A stretch of DNA of 54,327 nucleotides, filler included, from a bacterium (GCA_037439705.1; 21 parts of 21 records of this genome joined end to end with filler, not necessarily neighbours in it), one strand, 5' to 3'. Positions 41,413 to 52,603 are shown, counted from the first letter of the whole stretch. Notes: generated by a model not told the origin, from the letters alone. Made by a program: numbers and translations.

Positions 41413-41902
41413 CGGAAGAAAGCCTTGCTATTTCTCTGTCAGCTGTTCTTAATCTCTTGCAGAGAATCTCGGAAATTCTGAGGAGAATTTTTGCACCTGC
41501 TCGTGGATTGGTTTCAATCAGTTCCATAAGGTCTGCCTTGAAAAAACCGAGGAGGTTGGTTTCCCCAATAGCAACCGCTGAGGCTGTTCTCGGTCCACCC
41601 TCTATAACTGCGATTTCACCGAAGAATTGAGGAGGGGAGAATTCTGCAAGTGTGATTTCATTATCTTTAATGGATTTGAAAATCCTTACTTTTCCTGTCA
41701 TAACTATGTATAAACCCACACCTGGCTCTCCCTCCCTGAAAATTATCTCGCCGTCTTTGTATTTTCTCAGATGAATGAGATTTGAAAGGGTTTTTATCTC
41801 TTTTGAATTCAAACCCTCAAATAGGGGATTATCAGCCAGAAATTTTTCAATATCCGATTTGCCTATTTTTTTAAAAATGCTTCCCCATAAAGTGTTATTC
41901 AT
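41399..41902 (-). CDS. Cyclic-nucleotide-binding domain protein
   Basis: IFREGEPG..LYIV..G.V, FFGEIA...PRTASA. Confidence 0.9.
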   Translation of the reverse strand: MNNTLWGSIFKKIGKSDIEKFLADNPLFEGLNSKEIKTLSNLIHLRKYKDGEIIFREGEPGVGLYIVMTGKVRIFKSIKDNEITLAEFSPPQFFGEIAVIEGGPRTASAVAIGETNLLGFFKADLMELIETNPRAGAKILLRISEILCKRLRTADREIARLSSGGAK

Positions 41903-42723
41903 ATTTTGCTTCCTTTATAAACTCCTCCACATATCTGTTGAATTCTTCTGAATTTTCAAAATTTATTCCGTGAGAACCACCTTTTATCTTTACAAGTTTT
42001 GAACCCTTTATCCTTCTGGCTATTTCATAGGAACAATCTGGTGGAACGAGATGGTCATCTGTTCCGGTAATGACAAGTGTTGGAGAATTTATGAGGTGAA
42101 GTTTATCAAGGGCATCATGGGTCTGGGTAGCCATTACCTGCCCAAAAAATGAGCTTATGGTTGGAGGAGATTCCATCATTCTTTCTATGAGTTTCATTAT
42201 CTCATTTTTTCTTTCTTCAATAAATTTCTTTGAAAGGGTTAAAGGAAGCAGGAAATCAACAATTTTTTCCATTGTTTCTTCCTGCTTCATTTTTTCGGTC
42301 ATTGAAAACAAAGAGGGAATATCACTTATCAGATTTAATAACCCGAGTTTTTCAGAAGCTTCCCTAACATGCGCACTTATTCTTTCATCTGCTCTTGCGT
42401 ATGTGGAAGCCATTGTAAGGGTTTTGACAAAGGATGGATAGTTTATTCCTATCTCCTGAACTATCATTCCTCCCATTGATATTCCTACAAAATGTGCTGA
42501 TGTAATTCCCAGAGCTTTCAAAAGTTCAACGCAGTCGTCCGCCATTTCCTTTATGGAATATGGTCCGGGTGGTTTATCTGTTTTCCCTATTCCCCTGTTG
42601 TCAAATGTGATAACCTTCCATTCCTTTGAGAAGTATCTTATCTGTTCCACCCAGGCAAATCCAGGCATTCCAAGTCCCATTATGAAAACAATCGGTCCTT
42701 TTCCCTCTTCATTGATTTCGTAG
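41895..42723 (-). CDS. Alpha/beta hydrolase (5' truncated)
   Basis: FDNRGIG, GISMGG, GTDD, GGSHG. Confidence 0.9.
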
Positions 42724-42823
42724 NNNNNNNNNNNNNNNNNNNNNNNNNNNNNNNNNNNNNNNNNNNNTTAATTAATTAANNNNNNNNNNNNNNNNNNNNN
42801 NNNNNNNNNNNNNNNNNNNNNNN

Positions 42824-42993
42824 GTTGGAGATTTGAGTTAAAAGGGTTAAAATTGGATGAAAAGGTTCTTTTTGGTGATAGAGAGTGCCTTAAGGGGAAT
42901 AGGGCTTACCATAAATCCCTTTCGCCAAAAAATAAAAATGGGGGGTTTGGTCTGCTCCGCCCCTCAAAAACACTTACAGGGTGGTAACGATGT
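42824..42993 (+). mobile_element. Putative MITE, copy B (left end cut by contig start)
   Basis: Near-identical to 9834-9967 with a short indel; ends GTGGTAACGATGT followed by ATA. Confidence 0.7.
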
Positions 42994-43195
42994 ATATGTA
43001 CACGTAATCAAAAATTTTATTTTCTCAAGCACCACCTTTTCACTCTCCACTATTATTATCCCTCTGTTTCCTGTCCTCTATCTTCACCCTCATACTCTCT
43101 ACTTTCAAATTATCTCATTCAAAATTGTTCAATGTCGCGTAGGTATTTAAATACAAAAGTTTGATAAAATTTGTATCTTTTGATATTTTTAATAA

Positions 43196-43951
43196 ATGAG
43201 GAAGATTTTGCCAAAAAATGCGAAGGATTTAAAAAGACTTATTGATCCTTCAAAATTGCCAGAGCATATAGCAATTATAATGGACGGGAATGGAAGGTGG
43301 GCTTTAAAGAGGAACAAAGCGAGAATTGAAGGGCATAAAGCAGGCATAAAAGCGGTGGAAGAGGTGATTGAGGCGAGCAGAAGGCTCGGAATAAAGTTTT
43401 TGACACTTTATTCATTTTCAAAGGAAAACTGGGGAAGACCAAAAGAAGAGGTTTGTGCTCTTATGAGGCTTCTTTATACATATCTCGGAAAGGAGTGGAA
43501 AAATCTTATGAAATACAAGATAAGGTTAAATGCAATAGGAAATCTTGATGACCTTCCTTATTATGTTAGAAGAAGACTGAGAACGGTAATGGAAAAAACA
43601 AAGAACAATGATGAGATGGTTCTTACACTTGCGTTGAGTTATGGAGGAAGGGATGAGATTCTAAGGGCTGTAAACAAAATTCTGAAAGAAGGAAGAAAGG
43701 AAGTCTCGGAAGAGGAATTCAGAAAATTTCTTGACACCTCTGAAATTCCAGATCCCGACCTTCTGATAAGAACGAGTGGCGAAATGAGGATAAGCAACTT
43801 TCTTCTCTATCAGCTCGCTTATACAGAATTATACATCACCGATAAATACTGGCCTGATTTCAGAAAGGCAGATTTTTACAGGGCGATAATTGATTATCAG
43901 AAAAGGGAAAGAAGATTCGGACTCACAAGCAAACAGGTTAGAGAAAAATGA
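43196..43951 (+). CDS. uppS: Undecaprenyl diphosphate synthase
   Basis: HIAIIMDGNGRWA, FSKENW.RP, LIRTSGE.RISNF, RERRFG. Confidence 0.96.
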   Translation: MRKILPKNAKDLKRLIDPSKLPEHIAIIMDGNGRWALKRNKARIEGHKAGIKAVEEVIEASRRLGIKFLTLYSFSKENWGRPKEEVCALMRLLYTYLGKEWKNLMKYKIRLNAIGNLDDLPYYVRRRLRTVMEKTKNNDEMVLTLALSYGGRDEILRAVNKILKEGRKEVSEEEFRKFLDTSEIPDPDLLIRTSGEMRISNFLLYQLAYTELYITDKYWPDFRKADFYRAIIDYQKRERRFGLTSKQVREK

Positions 43952-45084
43952 GGATAACGCTTCTGGGTTCAACCGGTTCCATAGGAAGAAATGCTTTAAG
44001 AATCATCAGAGAAAATTCCGCCCGTTTTGAGGTCATCGGTCTCTCCTGCTGGGAAGGTGTTGACAGGTTAATTGAACAGATAAGAGAATTCCGCCCCAGA
44101 GTGGTGGCTGTTAAAGGAGATAAAGAGGCAGAAAAGATAAGGGATAAAAGGGTAAAAGTTCTTAAAGGTATAGAAGCGTTGAAGGAGATTGCCGCACAAA
44201 AGGTAGATCTGGTTCTGAACGCGGTGTCAGGCTTCAATGGAATATTTGCTACCATTTCTGCCCTGGAGATTGGTAACAGGGTTGCCCTTGCAAACAAGGA
44301 GTCGTTAGTGGCAGGTGGCGAGCTTATAATGGAGATTGTTCGTGAAAAGGGGAATCCCATAGTTCCTGTTGATAGTGAGCACAGTGCCATTTACAGGCTC
44401 ATGAAGGGAGAAAAGAAGATAAAAAAGATAATTTTAACTGCTTCAGGGGGACCGTTTCTTTTTTATTCCAGAAAAGAACTTAAAAATGTCAGGGTGGAAG
44501 ATGCTCTTAAACATCCAAAATGGAAGATGGGAAAGAAAATAAGCATTGACAGTGCTACTTTTATGAACAAGGCACTTGAGGTGATAGAGGCACATTACCT
44601 TTTTGATATACCTCCAGAAAGAATAGAGGTATTGATTCATCCCGAGGCGGTCGTTCATTCTATGGTTTAGCTTGAGAATGGTTCATTGCTTGCTCATCTT
44701 TCAAATCCAGATATGCGAATTCCCATTTCATACGCTTTTGGTATGGAAGACCTTAAAGTAAATGTGAAAACCCTTGACCTTTCTTCCTTAAAAAAACTTA
44801 ACTTTTTTAAACCCACCGGAGAACTTCTAAAATCTTTAAACCTTGCCTATTTTTCACTGAGCAGAGGAGGAACATCTGGAGCAATTCTTAATGCGAGCAA
44901 TGAGGTTGCGGTTCAAACTTTTATTGAAGGAAGGTTGAAGTTTGTGTATATTTTGAAAGTCGTGAAGGAAGTTCTTGAAAGAGTAAAACCTGAGCCTATA
45001 AGAGGTATTCCCTCTATTGTTCAGAGTGATAAAAAAGCAAGGGAAGAAGCTGAAAAGGTGATAAAAGAACTGGAGAAAAAATGA
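43948..45084 (+). pseudogene. dxr: 1-deoxy-D-xylulose 5-phosphate reductoisomerase interrupted by one in-frame TAG (44668-44670)
   Basis: LGSTGSIG, LANKE, PVDSEH, TASGGPF, HP.W.MG; HSMV*LENGS continues in frame to PDMR and LNASNE. Confidence 0.88.
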
Positions 45085-45157
45085 CCTGGATTTATGCACT
45101 CATTTTTTTGGGAGTTCTTATATTTGTCCATGAACTCGGTCATTTTCTGACAGCAAT
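45081..45157 (+). CDS. rseP: RseP site-2 protease N-terminus (partial)
   Basis: MTWIYALIFLGVLIFVHELGHF; ATGA overlap with dxr. Confidence 0.85.
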
Positions 45158-45257
45158 NNNNNNNNNNNNNNNNNNNNNNNNNNNNNNNNNNNNNNNNNNN
45201 NTTAATTAATTAANNNNNNNNNNNNNNNNNNNNNNNNNNNNNNNNNNNNNNNNNNNN

Positions 45258-45312
45258 TCAATTATTTTGAGGAAACAAACCCTTTTCATAGAGATTATTT
45301 TTGAGGAACGCC
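45258..45312. mobile_element. Repeated 55-bp IS-like terminus, copy 2
   Basis: Matches 35391-35445; at contig start. Confidence 0.65.
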
Positions 45313-45367
45313 CATCACTGGAAAAGTGTTAAATTTATGATAAAATTTTAAAAAAAGGAGGAAAAGA

Positions 45368-45727
45368 ATGGAAAAAAAGAGATTCTCAGCAAAGGATATT
45401 CTGGAACATCTCACAGAAAATGTGTACAACACACTCAATTTGTTGAGGGAATCCAGGGATTTAGATGAGGAAAAGAAATGGGAACTCCTTTTAGAGGTGA
45501 TAGGCGTTCTTTACAACGGTCTCGTGAATGTTATAAAATTTATGGATACAATTATGGAAGGAGTTGAAGAATTGCACTCAAGAATCGGTGACCTCGGAGG
45601 TCTTATGGACAGAACCAACGACAAAATTGAAGCGGCGATGAGACTGATGGAAAAGTTTGAAGAATTGATAGATAGATTTGAAGAAATGATGGGAAAAAAA
45701 CCCCCTTCCAAAGAGCACCTGATTTAA
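45368..45727 (+). CDS. Hypothetical helical/coiled-coil protein
   Basis: Strong SD AAGGAGG; 119 aa with heptad pattern. Confidence 0.7.
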   Translation: MEKKRFSAKDILEHLTENVYNTLNLLRESRDLDEEKKWELLLEVIGVLYNGLVNVIKFMDTIMEGVEELHSRIGDLGGLMDRTNDKIEAAMRLMEKFEELIDRFEEMMGKKPPSKEHLI

Positions 45728-45816
45728 AAACTGGTAAATTGAGTTGTTTCATCTGAAGGTTGAGTGCTTGAATAAGAACAGAAAAGTGTTAATAGTTTTT
45801 TATGGATGGGTGAAAA

Positions 45817-46323
45817 ATGAAGAGGACGATTTCAGTTCTTGTTGAAAACAGATTCGGGGTTCTTGCAAAGGTTGCTTCTCTCTTCAGCGGAAGGGGGTAT
45901 AACATAGAAAGCCTCTGTGTCGCAGAAACGCTCGACCCAACAATATCAAGAATGACAATTGTAACAAGTGGAGACCCTCAGGTTATTGAACAGATAATAA
46001 AGCAGTTGAGAAAGCTGATTGATGTTATAAAGGTGGTTGACCTTACAGAATTTGATTACATAGAAAGAGAACTGGTATTGATAAAGGTAAAAGCAACCGA
46101 TCCCGAGAGAGCAGAGATTTTGAGAATTGTGGAGATATTCAGAGGGAAGGTGATAGATGTTACATCCGAAACATACACCCTTGAAATAACAGGAGATGAA
46201 GACAAAATAAAAGCAATTGTGGAGCTTTTGAAGCCCTTCGGAATAAAAGAAATAGTTAGAACAGGAAGGGTTGCTATTACAAGGGGTGCCCAACCTTTGA
46301 AAACAAAAAATCAGGAGGAATGA
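45817..46323 (+). CDS. ilvN: Acetolactate synthase small subunit
   Basis: VLVEN..GVLA...[25 protein letters not shown]. Confidence 0.95.
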   Translation: MKRTISVLVENRFGVLAKVASLFSGRGYNIESLCVAETLDPTISRMTIVTSGDPQVIEQIIKQLRKLIDVIKVVDLTEFDYIERELVLIKVKATDPERAEILRIVEIFRGKVIDVTSETYTLEITGDEDKIKAIVELLKPFGIKEIVRTGRVAITRGAQPLKTKNQEE

Positions 46324-46324
46324 G

Positions 46325-47314
46325 ATGAAGATATACTACAAAAGCGACCTCAAGAAAAATGCGCTGAAAGGTAAAAAGGTAGGAATAATTGGATATGGAA
46401 ATCAGGGACACGCTCATGCGGATAATCTGAAGGATTCTGGAGAGAATGTTATTGTTGGACTTCCTGAATGGGACAAGGAATTGTGGAAGAAAGCGGAAGA
46501 AAGAGGACACAGGGTGGTCAATATAAAAAAATGTGCTGAAGAAGGAAATGTCATCATGTTCTTAATCCCTGATGAAATTCAACCCGGAGTGTACGAAGAA
46601 ATAAAAGATGTGATAGGAAAGGGAAAATACCTGGGATTTGCGCATGGATTCAATATACATTTCGGGCAAATAGTTCCTCCACCTGATGTAAATGTGTTTA
46701 TGGTGGCTCCCAAAGGTCCCGGGTATTTAGTAAGGGATGAGTATCTTGCGGGCAGAGGTGTCCCTGCATTGATAGCGGTTCAAAAAGATTTTTCAGGCGA
46801 TACCTTTGATGTTGCTCTCTCCTACGCAGATGGAATTGGTGCCACGAGAGCAGGTGTTATAGAAACAACTTTCAAGGATGAAACAGAAACAGACCTCTTT
46901 GGTGAACAATGCGTTCTGTGCGGAGGGCTTACATCCCTTATGAGAGCGGGTTTTGAAACCTTGGTTGAAGCGGGATATCCTCCAGAACTTGCATATTTTG
47001 AGTGCATACATGAAATGAAACTCATAATAGACCTCATATACCGTGGAGGAATAACGCTTATGAGAAAGGCAATAAGCAATACCGCTCAGTTCGGAGACCT
47101 TACAAGGGGTCCGAGAATTGTCACCGAAGAAACTAAAAAGGAAATGAAGAAAATTTTAAGGGAAATTCAGACCGGCGCCTTTGCAAAGGAATGGATTCTT
47201 GAAAACCGTTCTGGAAGACCTATATTCAATGCCCTGACAAAAGAATGGGAAGAACATCTTGTGGAAAAGGTAGGTGAGAAACTGAGAGGTATGATGCCCT
47301 GGCTGAAAAAATAG
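46325..47314 (+). CDS. ilvC: Ketol-acid reductoisomerase
   Basis: [41 protein letters not shown]. Confidence 0.97.
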   Translation: MKIYYKSDLKKNALKGKKVGIIGYGNQGHAHADNLKDSGENVIVGLPEWDKELWKKAEERGHRVVNIKKCAEEGNVIMFLIPDEIQPGVYEEIKDVIGKGKYLGFAHGFNIHFGQIVPPPDVNVFMVAPKGPGYLVRDEYLAGRGVPALIAVQKDFSGDTFDVALSYADGIGATRAGVIETTFKDETETDLFGEQCVLCGGLTSLMRAGFETLVEAGYPPELAYFECIHEMKLIIDLIYRGGITLMRKAISNTAQFGDLTRGPRIVTEETKKEMKKILREIQTGAFAKEWILENRSGRPIFNALTKEWEEHLVEKVGEKLRGMMPWLKK

Positions 47315-47548
47315 ATGGCTAAGGAAGGCATAAAGTTCTTTTTGATTTTCATTTTAATTGGCATTCTCACCCTTTTTTTCTTTAAGTGGGTCTCAATTGC
47401 GTTTTTTCTAATTGGCATCTTTTTTGCTTATTTTTTCAGAGACCCTGCGAGAAATATCCCGGAGGAAAAAAACTGTGTGGTCTCTCCAGCGGATGGAAAG
47501 GTGATAGAAGTAGTTGAAATCCCAGAAAAAAATTTAAAAAAAATAAGC
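47315..47548 (+). CDS. psd: Phosphatidylserine decarboxylase N-terminus (partial)
   Basis: YFFRDP.R, VVSPADGKV; follows ilvC. Confidence 0.85.
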
Positions 47549-47727
47549 NNNNNNNNNNNNNNNNNNNNNNNNNNNNNNNNNNNNNNNNNNNNTTAATTAA
47601 TTAANNNNNNNNNNNNNNNNNNNNNNNNNNNNNNNNNNNNNNNNNNNNATTGAAGAAAAACAAAAGTCAAGCAAAATTGAAAATTTTCAGTTTATATATA
47701 ATCTTAACGAATAATTTTTGTATTAGA

Positions 47728-48264
47728 TTATTTCATCAATTCACCTTCCCCCATCCCCCTCATAACCCTTTCAGCCCTTGAAAGGTCAAAGCCCTCTGGA
47801 AGGAATGCAGAGCCTATTTTCTCAATTTTTTCTGGAGATCCTGAAAATCCCTTTATAAAACCTATTAACACAAGCCCGTATCCAATGATTTTTCCAGTTT
47901 TTGTGTCTCCACTCCATGTATCAAGTTCTGAATAATTCAAAGAAGAAATCTTTAAATCAGAAAACCCCTGTTTTTTATAAATTTTTATTAATTCAATTCC
48001 TCTCAAACCCGCAAGAGAATTAAGAAGGTCAAAACTGGATGATGAATAACCGCCAATTAATGGTGCTTGTTTCTCATGGATTTCAAAATCTCCTTCACAC
48101 CTTTTGCCCGTTCTCATCTCAAACCACAGACACTCTTTTGAAAGTTCCGATATTTTCTGGGAGATATAATATCCTGCACCAAAATAGGAAATGGATACAA
48201 AAACAAAAAGAAATAAGGGCATAACTACAATTGTTTCAAGATAAGCGCTTCCCCTATTTTTCAT
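47728..48264 (-). CDS. TadE-like pseudopilin
   Basis: RG/SAYLE...VMP type IV prepilin-like start. Confidence 0.7.
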   Translation of the reverse strand: MKNRGSAYLETIVVMPLFLFVFVSISYFGAGYYISQKISELSKECLWFEMRTGKRCEGDFEIHEKQAPLIGGYSSSSFDLLNSLAGLRGIELIKIYKKQGFSDLKISSLNYSELDTWSGDTKTGKIIGYGLVLIGFIKGFSGSPEKIEKIGSAFLPEGFDLSRAERVMRGMGEGELMK

Positions 48265-49786
48265 TTTCCATTCCGAGTCTTTTCATTATCTCTTTCAATG
48301 CTGTGAGAGGCATAAGGGAAACCTTCCAGTCCATCTCCAAAAATATCTCTCCTGGAACTGCGGTAGGGCTGAAAGGTCTTGCCTGAGCCAGTGCAAAATT
48401 CCTTTCCTCTTTGAAAAGTAGTTTTTCAACAGGCGATATCCTCTTTTCGCCAACCACTCCTGCTGAAATCCATAATTCTGAAGGAGCATCCCTGTGAAGG
48501 ACAAATGGTTTTGGAAGTTCCTCAGGAGGCTTTGTCTTTGTTCTGGTCTTTATTTTCACATCCGCCCTTCTGAACTCCCATTTTTCCACCACGTATTCCT
48601 TTCCATCGCAGATTTCCCTCTTTTCAGAACCAAGGGCTGAACATCCCTTTCTTCCTATATCTCCTGATGGCATCTCTCCTTTGTACTGAACTGTCTCATC
48701 GCTGAACTCCTTAGCCAGAAATGGAGCACCTGGTTTATGCCCTTCAAAATGAGCCCACTTCCTGATACATCCGTCTTTATCGCTGACCGCTCCATTTCCA
48801 TTTCTATCCACATCAACAAGAATGTATTGATAATGCCTGTATGTAAAAATGACTTCATATTTTCTCTCCCTCTCGGTCCAGTCTCCTTTTTCTTCTTCAA
48901 TTCCCCACATAAAAGGAACCCCTCCTTCAAAAGCATTCTTCTTGCTATAACCCCATTTTTCCATAGATGTTATTTCCTTAACCAGATTCCAGACCTCTCC
49001 GCATTTCTTCTGGTCAAGGGAAAATTTTTCCTCATTTTCCGTCTCAACAGAACCTGTTTTTGAAAGCCCTTCCACAGCCTTTCCTATATACCTCCCTATC
49101 AATCCAGCGGTTACACCTATAACCTTTCCAATAGCGCCTCCTATCACATCTCCTACTGCATATGAACTTATTTTGCCTACAACCTTTTCAACGAATTTTC
49201 CAGTTGCATTTGCTATATCCTCAAAACTTCCTTTTTCTACATGAAGCATAACCCTTCTCCCTTCTGGAGGGTCTTTAAACTCACCTGGAATAAATGGGTA
49301 TAGGGCTGGAATTGAAACAAAAGGATTTACAGAAGCTACTCTCAGGGTTTCTCCAATAACCAGATACGGGAAAAACTTAACAATTTTATCACCTATTCTC
49401 TCCATTTCTTTTGCTGACTTCCACAATTTAGGAATTGTCTTTTCCATAAATTCAGCCCAAGGTGGAATGAAATTACAAGTTCCACCTCCTGCCCACCATG
49501 TGAGAAAACAGAGAGATGTGAGGGCAATCATAATCATTATCTCAACAACGATTATTGATACAGCAAGGACCATTCCTGTATTNNNNNNNNNNGCAGAAAG
49601 GAGGTTAAGTCCTTTCGCCTCCCATGATGCACCAGCAGTTGCAGAAGAATCTGCGGAGTTCTGAAGGACAATTCTATCCCTTATGTTTCTTCCACCCCAT
49701 ACAGTAAAGGCAAGAAAGGCAATTGCTACAAAGAGTGCAAAGGCGGAAAAGACAAAGACCTGCCCTTTTTCCCTTCTTATGAGCAT
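48254..49786 (-). CDS. TadG-like Flp pilus assembly protein
   Basis: KG/QVFVF hydrophobic N-terminus, LQNSADSSA.AGA motif. Confidence 0.72.
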   Translation of the reverse strand: MLIRREKGQVFVFSAFALFVAIAFLAFTVWGGRNIRDRIVLQNSADSSATAGASWEAKGLNLLSXXXXNTGMVLAVSIIVVEIMIMIALTSLCFLTWWAGGGTCNFIPPWAEFMEKTIPKLWKSAKEMERIGDKIVKFFPYLVIGETLRVASVNPFVSIPALYPFIPGEFKDPPEGRRVMLHVEKGSFEDIANATGKFVEKVVGKISSYAVGDVIGGAIGKVIGVTAGLIGRYIGKAVEGLSKTGSVETENEEKFSLDQKKCGEVWNLVKEITSMEKWGYSKKNAFEGGVPFMWGIEEEKGDWTERERKYEVIFTYRHYQYILVDVDRNGNGAVSDKDGCIRKWAHFEGHKPGAPFLAKEFSDETVQYKGEMPSGDIGRKGCSALGSEKREICDGKEYVVEKWEFRRADVKIKTRTKTKPPEELPKPFVLHRDAPSELWISAGVVGEKRISPVEKLLFKEERNFALAQARPFSPTAVPGEIFLEMDWKVSLMPLTALKEIMKRLGMENEK

Positions 49787-49939
49787 TCTCCCCTATTCCA
49801 ACCCGGACACCGCTCAACGAACCATTTCTTTTTCTCCTCNNNNNNNNNNNNNNNNNNNNNNNNNNNNNNNNNNNNNNNNNNNNTTAATTAATTAANNNNN
49901 NNNNNNNNNNNNNNNNNNNNNNNNNNNNNNNNNNNNNNN

Positions 49940-51381
49940 CTTATATGGATTCCGTTCCTGTAGTTGTTTTCACCGGACAGGTTCCAACCGCTCTTATTGG
50001 AAACGATGCATTTCAGGAAGCAGACATAGTGGGAATAACCCGTCCATGCACGAAGCACAATTATCTTGTAAAAAATGTGGAGGACCTTCCAAGGATAATA
50101 AAAGAGGCTTTTTACATTGCCACAACCGGAAGACCCGGACCAGTTCTCGTTGACCTTCCAAAGGACATCACCGCGCAGGAATTTGAATTTGAATATGCGG
50201 AAAAGGTAGAAATTAGAGGTTATAAACCGGTTTTAAAGGGGCATCCCCTTCAAATTAAAAAAGCAGTTGAGGAAATTCTTTCTTCATCAAGACCTGTGAT
50301 TTATGGAGGAGGCGGATTGATTCACTCAAACGCTTCAAAGCAACTTCTGGAACTCTCTGAACTTCTGAATATTCCAGTGACCCTTACCCTTATGGGACTT
50401 GGTGCATTTCCTGGAACTCACCCCTTATTTCTTGGAATGCTTGGAATGCATGGAACATTTTACGCAAACAGCGCTGTTGACAATTGTGACCTGCTAATCG
50501 GGATAGGAGCAAGGTTTGATGACAGGGTTACAGGAAAGGTTAGCGAGTTTGCTAAAGGCGCAAAGATAATACACATAGATATAGACCCTTCATCCATCAG
50601 TAAGAGCATAAAGGTTGATATTCCAATAGTTGGAGATGCTTCAGAGGTTTTAAACGATGTGTTGAAATTGCTGAAAGAAAAATATAAGGGAAAACTGGAA
50701 AGTTTCAGAAACAAAATGAAGCAGTGGCTTAAACAGATTGAAATGTGGAAGAAAAACCATCCACTCGCTTATAAAATGGATAACAATAAAATAAAACCAC
50801 AGTTTGTTGTGGAAAGAATTTATGAACTCACAAAAGGACGGGCAATAATCACAACGGAAGTTGGTCAGAACCAGATGTGGACAGCACAGTTTTATAAATT
50901 TACAACCCCCAGAACATTTTTGACATCAGGAGGACTCGGAACGATGGGATATGGATTTCCAGCAGCCATAGGTGCTCAGGTTGCAAGACCCGATGCAATA
51001 GTAATAGACATTGCTGGTGATGGAAGCATTCAGATGAACATTCAGGAACTTGCAACAGCAGTTCAATACAGGCTTCCTGTAAAGGTTGCAATTTTAAACA
51101 ACAGGTTCCTGGGAATGGTAAGACAGTGGCAGGAACTCTTTTATGGAAAGAGGTATTCAATGACATGCCTTCACTGCCATCCTGATTTTGTTAAACTCGC
51201 AGAGGCGTATGGAGCGGTTGGATTGAGGGCTGAAAAACCATCTGAGGTTGATTCTGTAATAAAAACTGCTTTAAAAATTAAGAACAAACCGGTTATTATG
51301 GATGTCTTAGTTGACAGGGAAGAGGGAGTTTACCCAATGGTTCCTGCTGGTGCTCCCATAAGGGAAATGCTTCTCGTCTAA
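49940..51381 (+). CDS. ilvB: Acetolactate synthase large subunit (5' truncated)
   Basis: [49 protein letters not shown]. Confidence 0.96.
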
Positions 51382-51413
51382 TCAAAATTATTCACAATCC
51401 ACTGCCCGAGGTT

Positions 51414-52005
51414 CTATTTGCAGGCGGGCTCATACCCCAAATTACACGCTTTTTCCATAAGTTCCTTAGACACCTTTCTATCCTGAGGAACACCCAAACC
51501 ATTATCATACATCAAGCCAAGACTAAGACATCCATCTCCACGCCTTCTTATAAAAACTCACTGCTTTCCCGTAATCCTCAGGCACTCCCACACCCTCCCC
51601 GTAGGCTCTACCAAGCAAAAAACAAGATTCTGCATCTTTTTCATTACAAGTTTTAAGAAAGTAATCTTTTTTCTTCAATTCAAAAAGCGCCTTGAAGTAC
51701 TTATTCCTTTCCTCTGAACCTGTTTTTGCGTAATACCAGTATAACTTCTTACACGCCTCAAATTTTTTCTCCACATCGCAGGCAAGTTTCAAATCAGGAA
51801 CATCCTCAGCCTTAACCTCTTCTTCCTCCTTCACCTCATGTTTTATCTTACCTGAAACCCCCCTCGTATTCCTAACAATAAAAGCCCAGTTCAATTTCTT
51901 CTCAGGTCGCTTTTGAGAAAAAGAAAGGAATGGACTCATAATCAGTGATAAAAAAATGAAGAGAATAAAAAGATTTACCAATCTTACCCTTTCTCCCCGA
52001 ACCAT
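51414..52005 (-). pseudogene. Frameshifted Sel1-repeat (Hcp-like) protein
   Basis: Frame 1 ends YKKAWRWMS*; another frame resumes GDGCLSLGLMYDNGLGVPQD...KACNLGYEPACK*. Confidence 0.8.
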
Positions 52006-52215
52006 ACAAATAATTTTAAACCTCCAAAAACCACTTTTCAAACTTTTTGCATTATACACAGGTTGACATGTTTAATTTTTTATGATTTAATTAGTTTATG
52101 AAGGTGAGAAAAGAANNNNNNNNNNNNNNNNNNNNNNNNNNNNNNNNNNNNNNNNNNNNTTAATTAATTAANNNNNNNNNNNNNNNNNNNNNNNNNNNNN
52201 NNNNNNNNNNNNNNN

Positions 52216-52472
52216 AGCTCTTCTTCAGTATCATATCTTCTCCAGCCCGTGTAAACTCTCACCATAGACCAGTTTTTGCTTTCCACATAGGGCGCATCGT
52301 TTTTTCTATAAGGGCGTGACCTTGTATATTCAATGCCCTTTTCCCTGCAGAATTTCAGAATATGCGCATTTATGAACTCTGAACCATTATCAGAATGTAT
52401 CTTTTTTATCTCCACAGGCAGTGTTCTTAATATATCATCAAGCGCTTCTTTTGTCCATATCATTGCTCTTTT
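52216..52472 (-). mobile_element. DDE/rve integrase-type transposase fragment (5' deleted, 3' cut by contig end)
   Basis: HSDNGSEFIN, TRSRPYRKND..YVESKN; in-frame stop just upstream. Confidence 0.85.
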
Positions 52473-52603
52473 AGGTTAAGAGATAGTATCCAGGGGTGTA
52501 AGGTATGGAAAAGGAGATGGAAGAATGTTTATGTTCTTCTACAGTCCAGGGATGTTGACATTGATTTTTTCAGTATAATGTGTAATATATTTTTAACGCA
52601 TAA

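Noticed and set aside
42857-43150. 97-aa ORF
   Set aside because: Runs through the MITE and pyrimidine-rich DNA; disrupted in the other copy
8703-44670. Genome-wide stop-codon reassignment suggested by an in-frame TAA (8703) and TAG (44668)
   Set aside because: TAG ends yebC and ilvC and TAA ends hemB and ilvB at their normal C-termini; the two cases involve different codons
2741-52215. TTAATTAATTAA repeated about every 2.5 kb, and ORFs ending in ...LIN or XXXN
   Set aside because: Artificial N-flanked linker between concatenated contigs; not a biological repeat, and cross-linker gene neighbourhoods are meaningless
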